DNA of 64,000 nucleotides from Botryllus schlosseri (taxonomy: Eukaryota). The position numbers were made by a program, and so were the translations under genes. How positions within the stretch are numbered: position 1 is the stretch's first letter; each line of letters opens with the position of its first letter. This document shows, one piece after another, positions 49,124 through 64,000 of the stretch. Below the pieces are notes generated by a model. It did not search any database. It saw only the letters and a list, made by a program, of their open reading frames with translations, and was not told where the DNA came from. The stretch spans positions 34,660,001 to 34,724,000 of the forward strand of contig CM119371.1 of NCBI GenBank assembly GCA_051294905.1, read 5' to 3'.

Positions 49124-49385
49124 GAGAGAGAGAGAGAGAGAGATATGATATTCTTTTTCGCCTGCACCATCGAGATGCTTTGACGACGGAGTTGCGATAC
49201 GGCCCCATGAGGTCATCTGGTCTGCGCCCCCGTTTTTTTTTTCTCCTCCATACTATCCGTGATTGCTGAGCGCCTAGCAGGATAGCTGCGGATACCATTT
49301 TACGAGTCTTTGGTATGACCCGGCCGGGAATCGAACCCACGACTACCGCTCGAGAAGCCGGACGCATAACCATTACACTATCTTC
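49124..49385 (-). mobile_element. tRNA-derived SINE with (CT)n tail
   Basis: TAGTGTAATGG (A box) and GGTTCGATTCCC (B box), then GGGTCATACCAAAGACTCGTAAAATGGTATCC...GGCGCTCAGCAAT core; microsatellite tail. Confidence 0.8.
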
Positions 49386-49470
49386 ACTTTAGTATGACGC
49401 TAGGCAGTCAATTATTCTTGGAGAGTCGATTCTTGTTTAATATGCCGCTGAGCTACATAAGCATTACGGC

Positions 49471-49664
49471 CAATGTTCCCTCTAAGCTGCGCACGTGCGC
49501 AAATGCGCAGTGCTGACACGGTCTCTGCGCACAGAAAATCTAAGTTGCGCACAAAAAATCCGAAGTGATGACCTTTTTTTTAGTCGTTACGCACTGTTAT
49601 CCAAGGTTCGGCGCAGTGAGTTGGTGAGTGTGCGCAGACTCGTCAAAAATTAGAGGGAACATTG
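49471..49664. mobile_element. 194-bp hAT MITE
   Basis: TIR CAATGTTCCCTCTAA / TTAGAGGGAACATTG; perfect TSD ATTACGGC. Confidence 0.92.
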
Positions 49665-49798
49665 ATTACGGCGATTTTTTTTTTAATGTCAAAATTGTAG
49701 CGTTAGGTCAAAAGATTGTCAAAATTGTTTACGAAGTCAAAATTTATACTTCTACTTTACATGGCTGCCGTTGTAGACGGCCCAATATCTGTTTATTG

Positions 49799-50264
49799 TA
49801 GGGTTACCATATTTTGGAATCGGGAAAGGCGGACTTTTTCAAAAATTTCAAACTTACAATACCGGAGGAAAATCTTGAAAAAATGGTAAAATTTTTCCAC
49901 TACGTGGTTGGTTGACTTGAATAAAAAGGCCAACATTCTCGCTCAGCGCCCAAAATACACTTTTTTCCTTCACATTATCGGTTGGTCGACCACAACCAGC
50001 ACCGTAACTGCCACACCCCAGTAGCTACGATTGGAACAGAACAGCACGTCCTCCGTTTCCAAGAAATCGAAAATATCCTCCTTTGTAGCTTTGACAGGCG
50101 ATTGTACGTACACAGGCAGACGCGAAATGTGGAATTGACGGCGAGGACAACGGAGAAATGACCTTCTTTTTCAGTCAAAATTTACAAATAAACCGTGTTC
50201 TCGTCCGGCTTTGCGATTTCTAGAAAGTGTCGCCTTTTCCTGACCTCGAAATATGGTGACCCTA
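49799..50264. mobile_element. TAGGG(T)(T/G)ACCATAT-ended MITE (hAT-Blackjack-like)
   Basis: TAGGGTTACCATATTT ... AAATATGGTGACCCTA; related ends at 15900 and 52512-52785. Confidence 0.7.
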
Positions 50265-50399
50265 GTATCAACCGTACCTATGCCAGATGACGCACATTGC
50301 TGCACCACCGGAAGGGTGTATTCTATCACAGACTTCCTCAGCCCTATTCTGGGAGCACCAAGAGTATTCTATCCGCAAAAGACACCATCACAATCGTGA

Positions 50400-50667
50400 C
50401 AGTCTTCAAGATTACCGGACCACGACCTAACATCGACCTCGCCCTCCGCCACATACCACCCAATGTTGTCGCTTGCGTCTTATATTCTCTGCATTACTTT
50501 TCATTCAGTGTGCATGCCTCTTATTTACTTCGCCTAGGCTAAGGTGGGTGTCTGATCTTAATGGCTACTCCAAGTTGTTTCGACACCCTCCTATCTTTTC
50601 ATTGTATCGCAGTCTTGTGATGTTTTGAAACGATGAAAATATTAATAAACCTGACTGACTGACTGAC
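50400..50667 (+). mobile_element. LINE 3' UTR fragment with (TGAC)n tail
   Basis: Highly similar to the reverse complement of 20310-20572. Confidence 0.85.
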
Positions 50668-50895
50668 AGGGCTGCTGCGAAACTCTTGTGTAAATCACAA
50701 AATAAACTCATCCATTACAATAAAAAGTATTCAAACGTCATCCACATAAAACGTACGGCGCAATCGAAAGCAGACCAAGTCGTAAAATGATTGCAATCTA
50801 GTCAAAAGAGAGTGCCCGCGTTCGCCGTTTCTCTACTCCATCAACAGGACGCGTCCATGATTACAAAAGCTTTCCAGCCAGTGTATATTTCGTTA

Positions 50896-63625
<12,730 letters not shown>

Positions 63626-64000
63626 GATTACTTATGATCTATATCCACAAAATATAACGACATCCATCATTAATTTACTATCGTTTGATATATATTTTGA
63701 AGCGAGTTATGTATCAGGACAAAGAATTGAAACTTTACGCGTGCGAAAATCCAATCCCTTATCCGAAAAACTATAATAACAGTAGCACATAAATAGTTGA
63801 TAAAAAGATAATGCAAGCATTTGCATATCTATCGCTGATGTAGGAGACGTATCTCATTCATTTAAACTTCATGTTCAGCGTATGTCATGCGCCTTATACA
63901 TGAGAACAGTAACTGTCGTCTGTCAATATTTGTTTCTATATATACGAACGCATCTTATGATCCAAATGTGTGGGCAATAATTTAAACTAGGCGCCACACA

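Overview
Eukaryotic (animal) genomic DNA: AT-rich, intron-containing and very rich in transposons. Gene content and compact genes suggest a marine invertebrate, possibly a tunicate, but this is inference. Genes reconstructed by hand: the 3' part of a mucin-stalk C-type lectin (+); an intronless ARH3/ADPRS-like ADP-ribosylhydrolase with an MGNSSS N-terminus (+); a tandem cluster of four C2H2 zinc-finger loci with non-canonical TG(V/I)KNY linkers, two intact and two pseudogenes (+); a 4-exon LYPLAL1 (+); and a complete 10-exon SMU1 (-). Introns and intergenic DNA hold many hAT-type MITEs, often with readable 8-bp target-site duplications (TSDs) and often nested. There are also decayed hAT (Buster/Charlie-type) and piggyBac transposases, LINE 3' ends, tRNA-derived SINEs, Penelope-like fragments and a telomere-like inverted minisatellite. 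Most notable: (i) recurrent 5-6 bp GCCTA/GGCTA/GGCCTA insertions at TA (mostly GTAC) sites, shown by comparing repeat copies within the window, which look like excision footprints of an unidentified element; (ii) the ZNF array grew by ~2.8-kb tandem duplication that also copied LYPLAL1 exon 1; (iii) a transposon whose TSD is the LYPLAL1 splice donor.
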